From positions 14,265-78,264 of the IMG/VR virus record IMGVR_UViG_3300032265_003945: 64,000 bases of DNA, one strand, 5' to 3'. Source of the DNA: a virus. This document shows positions 32,501 through 41,981 of the stretch, in pieces. The notes below the pieces were generated by a model. It was not told where the DNA came from and ran no database searches. It saw only the letters and a program-made list of their open reading frames with translations. The translations under genes and the position numbers were made by a program. Position 1 is the first letter of the stretch. Each line of letters opens with the position of its first letter.

Positions 32501-34882
32501 TTCAAGAGCGAATGTTCTTCCTTCTTTATTTAAATAAACTTCAAAATGTCTTTTGAAGTTAAAATTATAAGCAGAATCAAAAGAGTTAACAGAATTGAAT
32601 CCAACCGAATCGGAATTAAAATATAAATTGTAATGATAACCGTCATTTGGGACAGCTAGGTCGCTAGGTATTGGTTGCGGGGGACTAATTCCGTTAGTGG
32701 CTATGCTTCCCTGAATGGCGTCATATACGGTAATATCTGTTTGATCGGCGGAGGGTCCCCCGCAAATATTAAAGACAACAGACTTGATGGTAAATCTTCC
32801 AAAATTAATCTGATTATTATTTTGTAAAGACTGAACAACTAGGGTTTTCCCTGGGGATATTCCACTAGAAGCAAGATTATAATTAACTCGATAAGTTGTC
32901 TCTATTCTATTAGGAAGCTGTTGTTGAGAGGCAATTGAAGAAATCCAATATCCATCTCCGTATTTATCTGTTACTTGATGAGGCTCGATGGCAAATTTGT
33001 CAGACTCTACGCCTACGCCATCTATGTAATAGTTATTTCTTCTTAATGGAAGGAATATTTTTGTTGGAAAATTATAAGCGTTTTGAGCCGATGGATGGCT
33101 CCCAGTATATTCTGGGCTAGCCACATTGGATTTGTTCTTACCGAAACCTAAAGGATCGGAGGTAACTAATCCATCCGCATTGTAAGAGATAATGTTTTTG
33201 GGATAAACAAGAGAAACGTCTTTATACTTGGAGCCATCTGAGGATAATTCTCCAGCAATAATAGAGAAAGCGGAATTATTGTAAGGTTCTGCGAGCATAA
33301 TCCCAAATTGACCTTGATAAGAGAATGCTACAAAACGATAATTGTAACCTACTTTCCTAAAGGCATCATTGGTCGATTTAATAACAGAATCAAGAGTGTA
33401 TGCGCCAGGGGTAGCTCCTCGATTGCCTGTAACATCGATTGGAGCCATTTTGACTTGTTTTTCTGATGGATTGCCAGTGGGATACAAGACCAAGTAAAGA
33501 TAATAATTATTGCTATTAAGCAAAGAAGGATCAAACCCGTTGCCTAATGTAATCGCTCCTCTTGGATGACTAACTATTAAGCTAGGAATTTCTCCAATTT
33601 CATTTGCCCCTGATGCGTTCAATGTCTGTGCAGCAGAAACAGATAGAACTCCGTATTTATTTGTATTGAACAAGGGTCTATCTATGCGGGCATAACCATC
33701 GTAACCATCTGCGGACATTAAATTTTTGCCATCTATTCTAACGGCATAAACAGAGGGAATTGCTGGATCGGCAGATTGAACATATTTTTTTTCTTTAACT
33801 AAAAATTCTGTTTGAATTAATCCGTAATTAATTCGAAGAACATCGCCTGCTTTAACTAAAGAAAATTGAGAGTCAAACTGAAACCCGCTATTCGCAGAAG
33901 TTTCTGGGAAAAATCTAATAATGTCATCGCCAGTATTTGGATTGTCCCATACAGAAGTTGCGTTATTGTAAGATAAATAAGCTTTAACGGCGGTTGAAGG
34001 AACTACTGGCGGACCGTAACCATCTACAGTTAAAATAGAAGATCTAGATGCTCTAGATATTCCTCCAGTAAATAAGTTTTGAATTCTACTTCCGAGTAGA
34101 AAAATGCTATTTTGATCAATAAAATCTGCAAATTTTTGCAAGCTATTTGCATCTAAAGGTATGACATTATAGCTGGAAGTATTTAAATAAATGCCTGCGG
34201 CTGTATGAGCGAAGTTAGATGGGTAGCTATCTCCCCCCAGGGTATACACTGGGAAGACAGATCCGCCAAAATATCCATCTGATTTTTGATGAGAAACATA
34301 ATCATTATTAATATCGCTTAATAAAGAATAAGCGTTTGTATTATCTCTAAACTTTGATCCAAAATTTATTGGAAGGGGAGGATTGTTTGGATTAAATTTA
34401 TTAGTTAAATACTGATTAGAGTTAAAAGCAACATCTATATGAGATAATTCGTGGCGATAGGCAGTTCCCGCTAAATGTGGATTGAGCTTCACGCCTGTAC
34501 TATCTACCCAGCCGAGAGCTTTATTCACTCCTAAGGATAAGTGCGTAATGTAATCATACAAATCTTGTGTAGAGTGATCTAAGGATAATTTATGTTCTTT
34601 AATTTGAGCATTATCAGCAATGTATCCGTCATAAATTGGAAGAGTAACAAATCCTAATAAAGTTAGAACAGATGGTTTAATGCAACCATCTGGATTTAGG
34701 GTGACACCTAGCCTTGCAGCTATCGACCCTGCAGATCCTGAAGCGCCAATACCGATCTCTTCTTCGATGTTAAGTACGGCGTCACGAAGAGCGTTAATAG
34801 CTTCTCCCCCTATTTCTGTTAAATTATTGTTTACGGGAGGAAGCGTAACGTCATTATCAATTTTATTAGGAAAATCGCTCAT
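29591..34882 (-). CDS. Giant tail fibre/tailspike with C-terminal parallel beta-helix
   Basis: 1763 aa; N-terminal 'SDFPNKID..INALRDAVLNIEEEIG' virion-anchor-like segment; C-terminal N-x-I/F-x-N-C-x-F rungs. Confidence 0.7.
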   Translation of the reverse strand: MSDFPNKIDNDVTLPPVNNNLTEIGGEAINALRDAVLNIEEEIGIGASGSAGSIAARLGVTLNPDGCIKPSVLTLLGFVTLPIYDGYIADNAQIKEHKLSLDHSTQDLYDYITHLSLGVNKALGWVDSTGVKLNPHLAGTAYRHELSHIDVAFNSNQYLTNKFNPNNPPLPINFGSKFRDNTNAYSLLSDINNDYVSHQKSDGYFGGSVFPVYTLGGDSYPSNFAHTAAGIYLNTSSYNVIPLDANSLQKFADFIDQNSIFLLGSRIQNLFTGGISRASRSSILTVDGYGPPVVPSTAVKAYLSYNNATSVWDNPNTGDDIIRFFPETSANSGFQFDSQFSLVKAGDVLRINYGLIQTEFLVKEKKYVQSADPAIPSVYAVRIDGKNLMSADGYDGYARIDRPLFNTNKYGVLSVSAAQTLNASGANEIGEIPSLIVSHPRGAITLGNGFDPSLLNSNNYYLYLVLYPTGNPSEKQVKMAPIDVTGNRGATPGAYTLDSVIKSTNDAFRKVGYNYRFVAFSYQGQFGIMLAEPYNNSAFSIIAGELSSDGSKYKDVSLVYPKNIISYNADGLVTSDPLGFGKNKSNVASPEYTGSHPSAQNAYNFPTKIFLPLRRNNYYIDGVGVESDKFAIEPHQVTDKYGDGYWISSIASQQQLPNRIETTYRVNYNLASSGISPGKTLVVQSLQNNNQINFGRFTIKSVVFNICGGPSADQTDITVYDAIQGSIATNGISPPQPIPSDLAVPNDGYHYNLYFNSDSVGFNSVNSFDSAYNFNFKRHFEVYLNKEGRTFALERARMNLTDPVFTVGSNVPLYSNAELSKINIVRVSPKLRGYSYGTVNKITLLIDNFSQHDNTFSGRLLNRDGLPGSDSNLGPLVSGRKGEVTRFYDETGIDYIDFIFDINVNVSDISNKYISIQLFPTIALDDEVLLLASAQLNGATNIVDHILDLRQFGNISEKDLSTSALNYISAPERLIHVNGVVRGFDTDVSLSSGSVNFLEGGISLVNGKLVQLNNTSVQVPSVKEIFGANSYNMLWALCANDNYEYQFIALLDGASQSGAPSAARDIKVYDVSVSNGLANSYSVNGVFFKDLINNRKDLTPLYVLEVDGYYNSGINGVTYNSISLSDVRKFINSEPLNNTFTWADTSAENNIVSYFHSFEAVKNWINYYGKISNHVTIKGNINTSGTLDFSQINLPAVFQGEGSEAGFVMGTTPVLQLGSNITFKDLNFKFLENSQILQINNSSCTFENVNFKFDSTDLVSSMILQINSGNYFNNCIFSRINFFYIIDFNNFSKCFFEEIKNSPTTSNNTLIGIQSYNKFIECSFAILEDNSNTLLLGYNNNVLESCGFGSVKSNNGLGFVLQDDNKLINCTFATDVNCHQTVFTLRNKNIIENTLFGASSFFHAFSPSSAYQNSNQGFEYFIQIGSDNVINKFNINNIICSSPEGSAIRVYGSRNIINDFNVNSIVTNAYGLVLGDDSHDIPGGEIIESYENTITNSKFNSIQSKIGILLNPRGGYKNSQADHIIIDNTFVNYTPPLFAAGYFNKDDKIRFIGGGAIVSNGSINNVKITNCTLAQNSFPQNGQSEYCRDGGNNKNQDYQLPPLVCFTAPSSTNAPNIIDFVVIDKCRFIGGTSPVNTFYAAVAFINYGESDQTKINQFSNIIIKNNVAYNYNGFIMAGTNNKSGFTAENIVVANNNFSYISAYSSPSLDGGNILIEGNTCDAILTLDNYGNSPIGTPSTTGSMIIDNNTAQYIDVYVNDGSAS

Positions 34883-34932
34883 AGTGAAACCTTGCCAATG
34901 AAGCTTTGAAAATACTCTAACAAAATATCAAT

Positions 34933-35298
34933 TTATTGATTATTTTGCTGAGGATCTTCTTTTTTATTTTTTGGGATCTGTGCCACAATCATAGATTTAG
35001 CTACTCTATAAACTAACCCAGAAAGCATGCCTGCGACAAGTCCAAAGAATACTCTCCCACTTAGGGTAGAGACTACTTCTGGAAAAGGATATTTGCTAAT
35101 TAATCCAGCAACAACGCCGCCAAGAATTACTGGTAAAATAGGCATTATTAAGTCCCCCCATAATAATTCTAATTTTTTTAAAGAATAATAATTAATTATA
35201 AAATATCCAATTTTTCTAACCACAAAAGTAATTGCCGCAATTCCTAGACATAACATTACGAATTGCCAACTTAGAAGTGTTTGAAGAGCTGTGTCCAT
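34933..35298 (-). CDS. Putative holin
   Basis: 121 aa with three hydrophobic helices and a charged C-terminal tail, within the structural operon. Confidence 0.6.
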   Translation of the reverse strand: MDTALQTLLSWQFVMLCLGIAAITFVVRKIGYFIINYYSLKKLELLWGDLIMPILPVILGGVVAGLISKYPFPEVVSTLSGRVFFGLVAGMLSGLVYRVAKSMIVAQIPKNKKEDPQQNNQ

Positions 35299-35312
35299 AT
35301 TTTACCTTTATT

Positions 35313-37457
35313 TTAGCTTAGTAGTATTGAAAGAGTTACGTTTGTGGGAAATGCAGAGGTTGAGCCAATAAAAGAAACAATAACCGATAAATTATCTCCA
35401 GCGTTAACGGGGAAAGAGTGCACAACATCAGAACCAGAAGTGGCAGTTGTTAACGTAGTGGTTGTTAAAGTTGTAGCTACCCCGTTTTTATAAACTGTAT
35501 AGATCACTCTGTCTGCTCCGGTTCCAGCAGTTTGATTTAAGTAAAGCTTGCTCACTGTTCCGCTTACCGGTACGGTTATTTTCTTTTCCGCTATATTATT
35601 GCCTCCATATGGTCCACCAGGAGGTAAATAAGTTGAAGAAGGATTATATGTAATGGAAGACGCTCCAAAAAGAAATACTGTCCCTATTCCAGAAGAGCCA
35701 GCAGCTCCAGTCGCCCCAGTGGCACCATTTGCGCCTGCCGCACCTGCACCAGTAGCGCCGGTAGCCCCTATAGTCCCTGCAATACCCGCAATACCCGCAA
35801 CGCTAAAAGTCCAAGGAGCGGATATGTTTCCATAAGTTCCAGAAGATGAGCTAGTATTATCAACAAATACTGTTAAAGTATTACCGCTAAAAGAAGTAAT
35901 TACACCTTCCATATAGGTAGGACCAATTGCAGCTCTAACTCTTGTTCCAGCAACAAAAGAAGTTTGAGTGTCTAGTAAATTAGTTGTCCAAGTTCTATAA
36001 TAAGGCAGTCCACCTGTAGCTAAAGAAATGGCAGTAGGAGAATTCAATCCTCGATAACCTACCCCATCCGATCCAGAAGTTCCTGTTGCCCCAGTTGCCC
36101 CTGTGGTGCCTCCGCCAGGTCCGGTAGCTCCGGTAGCGCCAGCTGCTCCGGTTGCCCCTGTAGCCCCCGAAGAAAAGTGAGCTAAGCTCCATTCTCCACT
36201 TCTGAAAACTAAAGTATCTCCCTCATTTGGAGTTCTGACTAAATAAGAGAATGGATTGTCGTACAAACCAACAACAGTTTGTAAGGTTGAGCTACCAGAA
36301 AGATTGTTTCCTGGGGTAAAATAATTTCCTACCGGTGCAAGATCCCATTGGTTGGATCTAAACACCAAAGTATCTCCATTCATAGGGTGTTCAGCTGTAG
36401 GAGAAATTGGTTGATTATAAATTCCGACAACCGTAGGTCTATCGCAGGCGCCTCCCAAATCGTTAGTTAAAGTGATTGCGCCTTTATTGTAACCATCGGC
36501 GCAAGGTAAATCGGATGGTTGCCAGAAACTACCATCAAGAGGATCTTCTACGTATCTTAAAAATTGTCCATTAAATGGAATTTGGTCTCTTAATGGAATT
36601 AACCGTAATCCAACAACTTTGGCTCCTCCTGAATTTCCTGGAGACAAGTCTTCGGTTAAGGTAATGGCGCCACGAGTAGTACTAGTTGCTAGCGGTATTG
36701 GTCTCGATCTCCAAGAACCGCCTTCAAACAATAAAGCGTCGAATTCGCTAGGGCAATCCGGAGCAATTGGTTTGCACTGTATGCCAACTACACAAATACA
36801 GTCTGCGGACAAACCAAGATCGCACCCTAATTTAATTACTCCGTAATTATTGGCGCTGGCAATAGGCAAATTGCTATTAGTCCACTCAGATCCGTCCCAT
36901 TTTAAAAATTGATTTGAAGTTACTGGTTCGTTAAATTTTAGTGAATATCCCTGTAACTTATTTACCTGCAAATAATCGGCAAGTCCACCAATGTCTCCAT
37001 TGTTCGCCAATCCTGCTATTTTTACTGTTCCAAAAACTTGATCGCTTGCTGGCGGAACTTGAGTGCTTGGAGGGGACGGAGTCCAATAACCGTTATTATC
37101 ATCCCAAGTTAAAACATTACCATCGCTTGGGGCTGCGTTTAAAATAGAGTAGCCTTGTATTTTGGTAACTCTTGGAGAGTCTGCAGTTGATGCCGGTCCC
37201 GCTAAATCGCCCGCTAACTTTAAAATTCCTTTAATGGTCTGAGTAGCATCTGGTATTGTTGGGGGAAAAGCAATATCAGCTATTTTTTCAATAGCTGATT
37301 GCAAATTAGAGGCGACATATCCATCAATATTGACCTGGGGCGAAAGGAGTAGACCATCCGCATGATGATTAAAATCGTACCCATCTATGTGCTTTTGAAA
37401 ATCATAACGATCGGTAGCTAACCGACCTACACCGGGCGTATATTTAAGATTAGTCAT
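35313..37457 (-). CDS. Tail fibre with five 'A-x5-GxxxL..DLG' repeats and collagen-like GAT repeats
   Basis: PDATQTIKGILKLAGDL, PPASDQVFGTVKI, PIASANNYGVIKLGCDL, PLATSTTRGAITLTEDL, PCADGYNKGAITLTNDL; two GATGAT blocks; C-terminal beta-sandwich. Confidence 0.8.
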   Translation of the reverse strand: MTNLKYTPGVGRLATDRYDFQKHIDGYDFNHHADGLLLSPQVNIDGYVASNLQSAIEKIADIAFPPTIPDATQTIKGILKLAGDLAGPASTADSPRVTKIQGYSILNAAPSDGNVLTWDDNNGYWTPSPPSTQVPPASDQVFGTVKIAGLANNGDIGGLADYLQVNKLQGYSLKFNEPVTSNQFLKWDGSEWTNSNLPIASANNYGVIKLGCDLGLSADCICVVGIQCKPIAPDCPSEFDALLFEGGSWRSRPIPLATSTTRGAITLTEDLSPGNSGGAKVVGLRLIPLRDQIPFNGQFLRYVEDPLDGSFWQPSDLPCADGYNKGAITLTNDLGGACDRPTVVGIYNQPISPTAEHPMNGDTLVFRSNQWDLAPVGNYFTPGNNLSGSSTLQTVVGLYDNPFSYLVRTPNEGDTLVFRSGEWSLAHFSSGATGATGAAGATGATGPGGGTTGATGATGTSGSDGVGYRGLNSPTAISLATGGLPYYRTWTTNLLDTQTSFVAGTRVRAAIGPTYMEGVITSFSGNTLTVFVDNTSSSSGTYGNISAPWTFSVAGIAGIAGTIGATGATGAGAAGANGATGATGAAGSSGIGTVFLFGASSITYNPSSTYLPPGGPYGGNNIAEKKITVPVSGTVSKLYLNQTAGTGADRVIYTVYKNGVATTLTTTTLTTATSGSDVVHSFPVNAGDNLSVIVSFIGSTSAFPTNVTLSILLS

Positions 37458-37485
37458 AATACCTTATTTAATATGATATTATCAC

Positions 37486-39075
37486 CTAAATTAATATTTC
37501 ATGAGTATGCCCTAACGCTTCGATAACAACTAGCTTATTAGCCGAAGCATCCCAAACAACCTGATGATTGTGTGCTTGAACAATGCTGCTTAGCTGAGAA
37601 AATTTATCTGGGCTTTGTTCATTGGTAACAATTTCGTGTTTATGAGGTCCAATGCCAAAAGCATTGGTAATGGAAGTATTTACCTTTGCTGGCAAAGTAG
37701 CTGTATTTCTAAAAGCATTAATTTGATAAGCAATGTCAAATTTACGAATTCTTTGCACTCTCATTCTTTGAGCACTCTCTAGCTGTGTAACAGTTCTGTT
37801 TCTATTAACCGATAAAACTTCATATCTGAATTCTTCATTGCCGTCTTGATCAAATCGAATTAAAATATCCCTATCTTTAACAGTGGGGACGGTTAATGTC
37901 CAGCATTCGGTAATCAACTCAGATTCTAACCCAGCTTCTTGCATTTTTAAATCTTCATCAGCGGGGCTGAAGCGAACCATAATTCTACCATCGGAGCGAC
38001 GAGGGTTGAAATATTGTTCGTAGCCCATCACAAATTTAGTCCCCAGGCAGCGAACGCACCTGTCATCAGGGTACTCGCTTGTCGGCAATACACAGCTACA
38101 AACAATCCCGGTTCTTTGCCTTTTAATTAAAACAACCGGCTCACCAGTAATGCTAAGCAATATCTCCTGTCTTTGCAAAATTCTTTCTTGCAAAGGAATT
38201 CCTCTTAGTACTCTCCCTACCCCATCATAACCATCGGCACAAAACTGCTCTCCGCTCAAATAACTTCCAACGCACTCTCCTGAAATTAACTTAACTGGAT
38301 CGGTTCTATGCCACCCATCGTAATCATAAGAATTAAAGTCGACATTGTAAGCATCGCTCCCACTCAAATCAGTGGTTAACAAATCTTTAGTGACTTGTTT
38401 GTATCCATCTGCAAGAGTAAAGGCATTATGATCCAAATCAAATCTACTTTGACAAGGGTAAATTCTATCAAACGAAGAATATTCTTTTCCGGCAAAGAAA
38501 GTTACTGCAGGATTCCAATAACCATATCCATCATATCCGTCTAAATTATGAATTCTTGCTTCGGTATTCCAGTACCCTCTTTGGCTCGCTGAAGTTAATA
38601 TCAAATTGTTATTTATTCGATCTACTGAAAGATATTGAATTAGTTCAATGCCAATTTTAATTACACCGTAATCTGGAAAGTCAGTGCTATCTATTAAAGG
38701 AATTAACAATTGAGAGCTTGTAATATCTTCTCTTAGCAAGGTTTCTGGATAAACTTTTAAATTATTAAAAGAACTGGGTAGCTTGGACAAATCCGTTACA
38801 ACCGGATTGTACTCTACTGGGCGAACAGAGAAATAATAAAGCTGACCTGGAGTAAGATCACTTATATCGGCGCTCAAGTAACCGTCATAAGAAATAAATT
38901 TAACACCTTCAGAAAAAACATTTTCTCGCACAGTGCTGTAATATAAATTATATGCAACGCTGTAACCATCAAAATTAGAGAAAGCTTTAAACCACTTGGT
39001 AATGACAGAATAACCATCCCCGTTGGAAATGGTAGCGTCTATCCCGACATCAGTGTTTATCGCATAATAAATCAT
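37486..39075 (-). CDS. Neck/head-closure protein with FN3-like N-domain, Cys4 Zn site and C-terminal HxH repeats
   Basis: 'DLTPGQLYYFSVRP' FN3-like; CSC...CVRCLGT; 'WTLTVPTVKDRDILI..RYEV'; HKHEI/HNHQV/HTHEI. Confidence 0.6.
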   Translation of the reverse strand: MIYYAINTDVGIDATISNGDGYSVITKWFKAFSNFDGYSVAYNLYYSTVRENVFSEGVKFISYDGYLSADISDLTPGQLYYFSVRPVEYNPVVTDLSKLPSSFNNLKVYPETLLREDITSSQLLIPLIDSTDFPDYGVIKIGIELIQYLSVDRINNNLILTSASQRGYWNTEARIHNLDGYDGYGYWNPAVTFFAGKEYSSFDRIYPCQSRFDLDHNAFTLADGYKQVTKDLLTTDLSGSDAYNVDFNSYDYDGWHRTDPVKLISGECVGSYLSGEQFCADGYDGVGRVLRGIPLQERILQRQEILLSITGEPVVLIKRQRTGIVCSCVLPTSEYPDDRCVRCLGTKFVMGYEQYFNPRRSDGRIMVRFSPADEDLKMQEAGLESELITECWTLTVPTVKDRDILIRFDQDGNEEFRYEVLSVNRNRTVTQLESAQRMRVQRIRKFDIAYQINAFRNTATLPAKVNTSITNAFGIGPHKHEIVTNEQSPDKFSQLSSIVQAHNHQVVWDASANKLVVIEALGHTHEILI

Positions 39076-39186
39076 ATTATTATCTCAGAATATCGAAAGA
39101 TATTGTTAACAATTTAACTTGAACTTTATCTCGACAAACTCTTGGGACATATATATAGGGAGAGTAATTATTCTCTACTATAGGGG

Positions 39187-39708
39187 TTAGACTTTGCTCA
39201 TGAGAACATCTTTCTTCTCTTTTCTTTCTTTTTTACTATCTATGTCATGATGGTCTAACAAACCCTCTACGTACTTCTCTGCTTGATTGTCTCCAAATTC
39301 TCTAGAAATATATTCTATTTGATTTTGAAAACCCTCTTGTTCATCTGGGTTGTCTAGGTATTCCCCTTCGTCTGCGCCTTTCGTTGGCTTGTTTTTAAAA
39401 CATTGTTGCAGATAGTGGGAAACTTCATGAATTAAGTACCCGTAATCTTTAAAGAAATCTCCATCCGCCAATAATTTATAATTTAAAGTAATTATTCCGT
39501 GCGAAGTAGTGGCGGAAACTTCAATATCTCCAAATCTCATTGGGATTAAATCTAAAAAAGAAATATCAACGCCAAAGTCTTGAAAAACTTTTTTCATAAC
39601 TTCATCAGTTTTTAAAAACTTTTTAGCTCGATTAATTATATTTAAAAGAGATTTAGGAGACCTCTTTTTTATTTCTTCGATGGTATATTTCTTTTTACCC
39701 TGGATCAT
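39187..39708 (-). CDS. HExxH zinc metallopeptidase-like protein
   Basis: YLIHEVSHYLQQ plus downstream YLDNPDEQEGF (likely third ligand Glu). Confidence 0.7.
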   Translation of the reverse strand: MIQGKKKYTIEEIKKRSPKSLLNIINRAKKFLKTDEVMKKVFQDFGVDISFLDLIPMRFGDIEVSATTSHGIITLNYKLLADGDFFKDYGYLIHEVSHYLQQCFKNKPTKGADEGEYLDNPDEQEGFQNQIEYISREFGDNQAEKYVEGLLDHHDIDSKKERKEKKDVLMSKV

Positions 39709-39738
39709 AGCTTAATGCGAATAAATTAATATAATTTT

Positions 39739-40112
39739 ATGAAAAATACTTATTATGTAGCTTTATCAAAAATTGATGGCAAAGGAGTTTTTGCCGACCA
39801 ATATTTTGTAACCGGAGATTATATTGGAAAATGTTTAATTTCTATTTTAAAACAAGATAAAAAAGAAGATAAAGAGTATGGTTATAGTGATGTTTCCGAG
39901 AGATTAGGAACTTTGGTGCAAAAAAAACTAAATTAGAAAAATATTTAAACCACAGCCCTCAACCCAATGCAGAATTATTTTTTCATCATGGACTGGAGTT
40001 ACATTTAAAAGCAATTGCTGATATTGCTAAAGATGAAGAAATTACAGTAAATTATGGAGATGCTTTTCCTAAGATAGATCAGTTGCAGATAAAGTTTATT
40101 AAATTAATCTAA
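39739..40112 (+). pseudogene. SET-domain protein split by a frameshift in an A8 run
   Basis: Frame 0 gives SKIDGKGVFA (SET motif I). The -1 frame from 39927 gives TKLEKYLNHSPQPNA...AIADIAKDEEITVNYG (NHS and EEITxxY motifs), ending at TAA 40112. Confidence 0.8.
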
Positions 40113-40799
40113 TAAAAATCCTGGATGGATAACTACAGTACATTCTGATTGCTCGGTTCCTCCTTCAGATCCAAGAACAAAAGCTTTATTAGTAGGAACT
40201 TCAAATATTTTATCATTATTATCTACTATAGAAGAAAATCCTAAGCCACCACCACCACCACCACCCCAATTTCCAAATCTTGTTTCACAATGACCGGTAT
40301 CTAAATTAATTATAGCTACATATCCTCTTTTGTAATCATAGATGGATTGATTTTGAGGATTAACCACATTAGATTTAATTAATCTTACAGTTCTTTTTTT
40401 ATATTTAATATTTTCTTTTAAAGCTTTTTGTAATTTTTTAGATAAACTAGATGTTGCGACTCGGTCGCCCGACCATTTATTAAATTTAGAGTCAGCGGGA
40501 GCTTCTTTTAAACTTTCAAAAAAATCATCTTCTGTTTTATCTACTTTTGTTTTATCTACTACAACATCTTCATGGAATTTTTTAAGTACTTCCCAGGCTT
40601 CATTTATATCAACGATATTTTGCGATCCGCCTAAATCTGAGCGATCTGGATGAAATTGAAAAGATTTTTTCTTATAAGCTCTTTTTATTTCTTCTAGACT
40701 AGCATGAAGAGAGACTTCTAAAATTTGAGCAGCCCTTTCAGGACTCATAGAAGCTAATTTAAAAAATAAATTTATTTTATCAAATAGTTTTTTAGACAT
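40104..40799 (-). CDS. J-domain (DnaJ-like) protein with KxA leader
   Basis: ILEVSLHASLEEIKRAYKKKSFQFHPDR..INEAWEVL, with an intact HPD motif. Confidence 0.85.
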   Translation of the reverse strand: MSKKLFDKINLFFKLASMSPERAAQILEVSLHASLEEIKRAYKKKSFQFHPDRSDLGGSQNIVDINEAWEVLKKFHEDVVVDKTKVDKTEDDFFESLKEAPADSKFNKWSGDRVATSSLSKKLQKALKENIKYKKRTVRLIKSNVVNPQNQSIYDYKRGYVAIINLDTGHCETRFGNWGGGGGGGLGFSSIVDNNDKIFEVPTNKAFVLGSEGGTEQSECTVVIHPGFLLD

Positions 40800-40815
40800 G
40801 ATTTAATATTAAATA

Positions 40816-41214
40816 ATGCCCAATATAGAAAAAATAATTTACAAAAAATAAAAAATAAAAGAAAAAGATAAACAGAAAAGTAAAAAGTATTATCAAAAAA
40901 ATAAACAAAAAATTCTTAGTCTAGAAAAAGAAAAATATTTAAATAATAAAGAAAAAATACAAGAAAAAAATAAAATTTATTATGTAAATAATAAAGAAAA
41001 AGTTTTATTGTCAAGTAAGAAATATTATTTAAATAATAAAAATAAAATTAATAATTATTATAAAAATTATTATAAAAATAAAAGAAAAGTAAATGTTAAT
41101 TTTAAGATAAAAACAGCAATTTCTGCCAATATAAGTTTTTATTTAAAAAATAATAATTTAAGTAAAAATAAAAAATCTACATTAAAATATTTAAATTATT
41201 CCATTGAAGAATAA
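40816..41214 (+). pseudogene. Truncated HNH endonuclease remnant (paralog of 41982-42683)
   Basis: KIKTAISANISFYLK..KNKKSTLKYLNYSIEE matches the paralog KLKTNISANINFYLK..KNKKSTLKHLPYKVDE. It has an in-frame stop near the 5' end, and the HNH core is replaced by a tnpB fragment. Confidence 0.8.
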
Positions 41215-41302
41215 AAACCAACGAGAATTAAACTTTATCTCTGGCAGATCTATCTCATGATTAAGTGCTGCATTTAAACCTGCATCTATTTCTAGATTAC
41301 AC
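41211..41302 (-). repeat. Inverted 92-bp copy of the tnpB 3' region (51488-51579)
   Basis: The reverse complement matches at 91/92 nt (mismatch at 41279). Confidence 0.9.
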
Positions 41303-41425
41303 CTGTTACTTTCTCTTCGGGCAAAGAAAGATATTGCAGAAGGAGAAGAGATTACGGTAGAATATGGAGACGCTTTTGAAAAAATAGATCAGCTGCAAAG
41401 AGATCTTGTTGCAAAAATAAAATAA
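41303..41425 (+). pseudogene. 3' remnant of a second SET-domain gene
   Basis: LLLSLRAKKDIAEGEEITVEYGDAFEKIDQLQ* is paralogous to KAIADIAKDEEITVNYGDAFPKIDQLQ at about 40.0 kb; no 5' half is present. Confidence 0.8.
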
Positions 41426-41965
41426 TTATGTTGTTGGAATCTTATTTTTACTTATATTTGCCAATTGTTTTTTTACTTCTTCGGCTTGTTGATCTGTCAT
41501 TTTCGATGGAGCGGCGGGAGATTGTGTGGGGCGAGGAGCTGCCACAGCTCCTCCCGGTAAGCTGGCAACCAATCTTTGTAAATTTTCAATTGGACCCATC
41601 CTAACGTCCTTGCTAACATATTCTTCGCCCATAGAAGATAGCACCAGCGGTACTTTGATATTTTGCTTGTTTCCTTTTAGGACATTAATAAACGCATTTA
41701 TCTTATAATTTAAGGAAGTTTTATTAATTAGCGAAGCATTAGATGCTTCCAATATATCTTCAATATAACCTTTAATTATATTGGGTAATTTTGAAGGAGG
41801 AACATTGGCTTTTTGAGAAATCACTTGCCCGCAATAGTAAGAAGAATATCCAGATAATTGCTGAGCTGCTTGTTTGATTTGCTCAACGAGCGGTGAAGGT
41901 TGGCTACTTTGAGCTAATTTAATTTCAAATCTATTGGCTAATTTAATTGCTTTGCTAATATTCAT
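41426..41965 (-). CDS. Hypothetical protein with KLA leader
   Basis: Likely start ATG 41965 (MNISKAIKLANRFEIKLAQ); the longer annotated start overlaps the divergent HNH gene. Confidence 0.65.
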   Translation of the reverse strand: MNISKAIKLANRFEIKLAQSSQPSPLVEQIKQAAQQLSGYSSYYCGQVISQKANVPPSKLPNIIKGYIEDILEASNASLINKTSLNYKINAFINVLKGNKQNIKVPLVLSSMGEEYVSKDVRMGPIENLQRLVASLPGGAVAAPRPTQSPAAPSKMTDQQAEEVKKQLANISKNKIPTT

Positions 41966-41981
41966 GACTATATTCAATTTT

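Noticed and set aside
27936-37457. Diversity-generating retroelement acting on fibres
   Set aside because: No reverse transcriptase or adenine-variable repeat pair was seen in this window.
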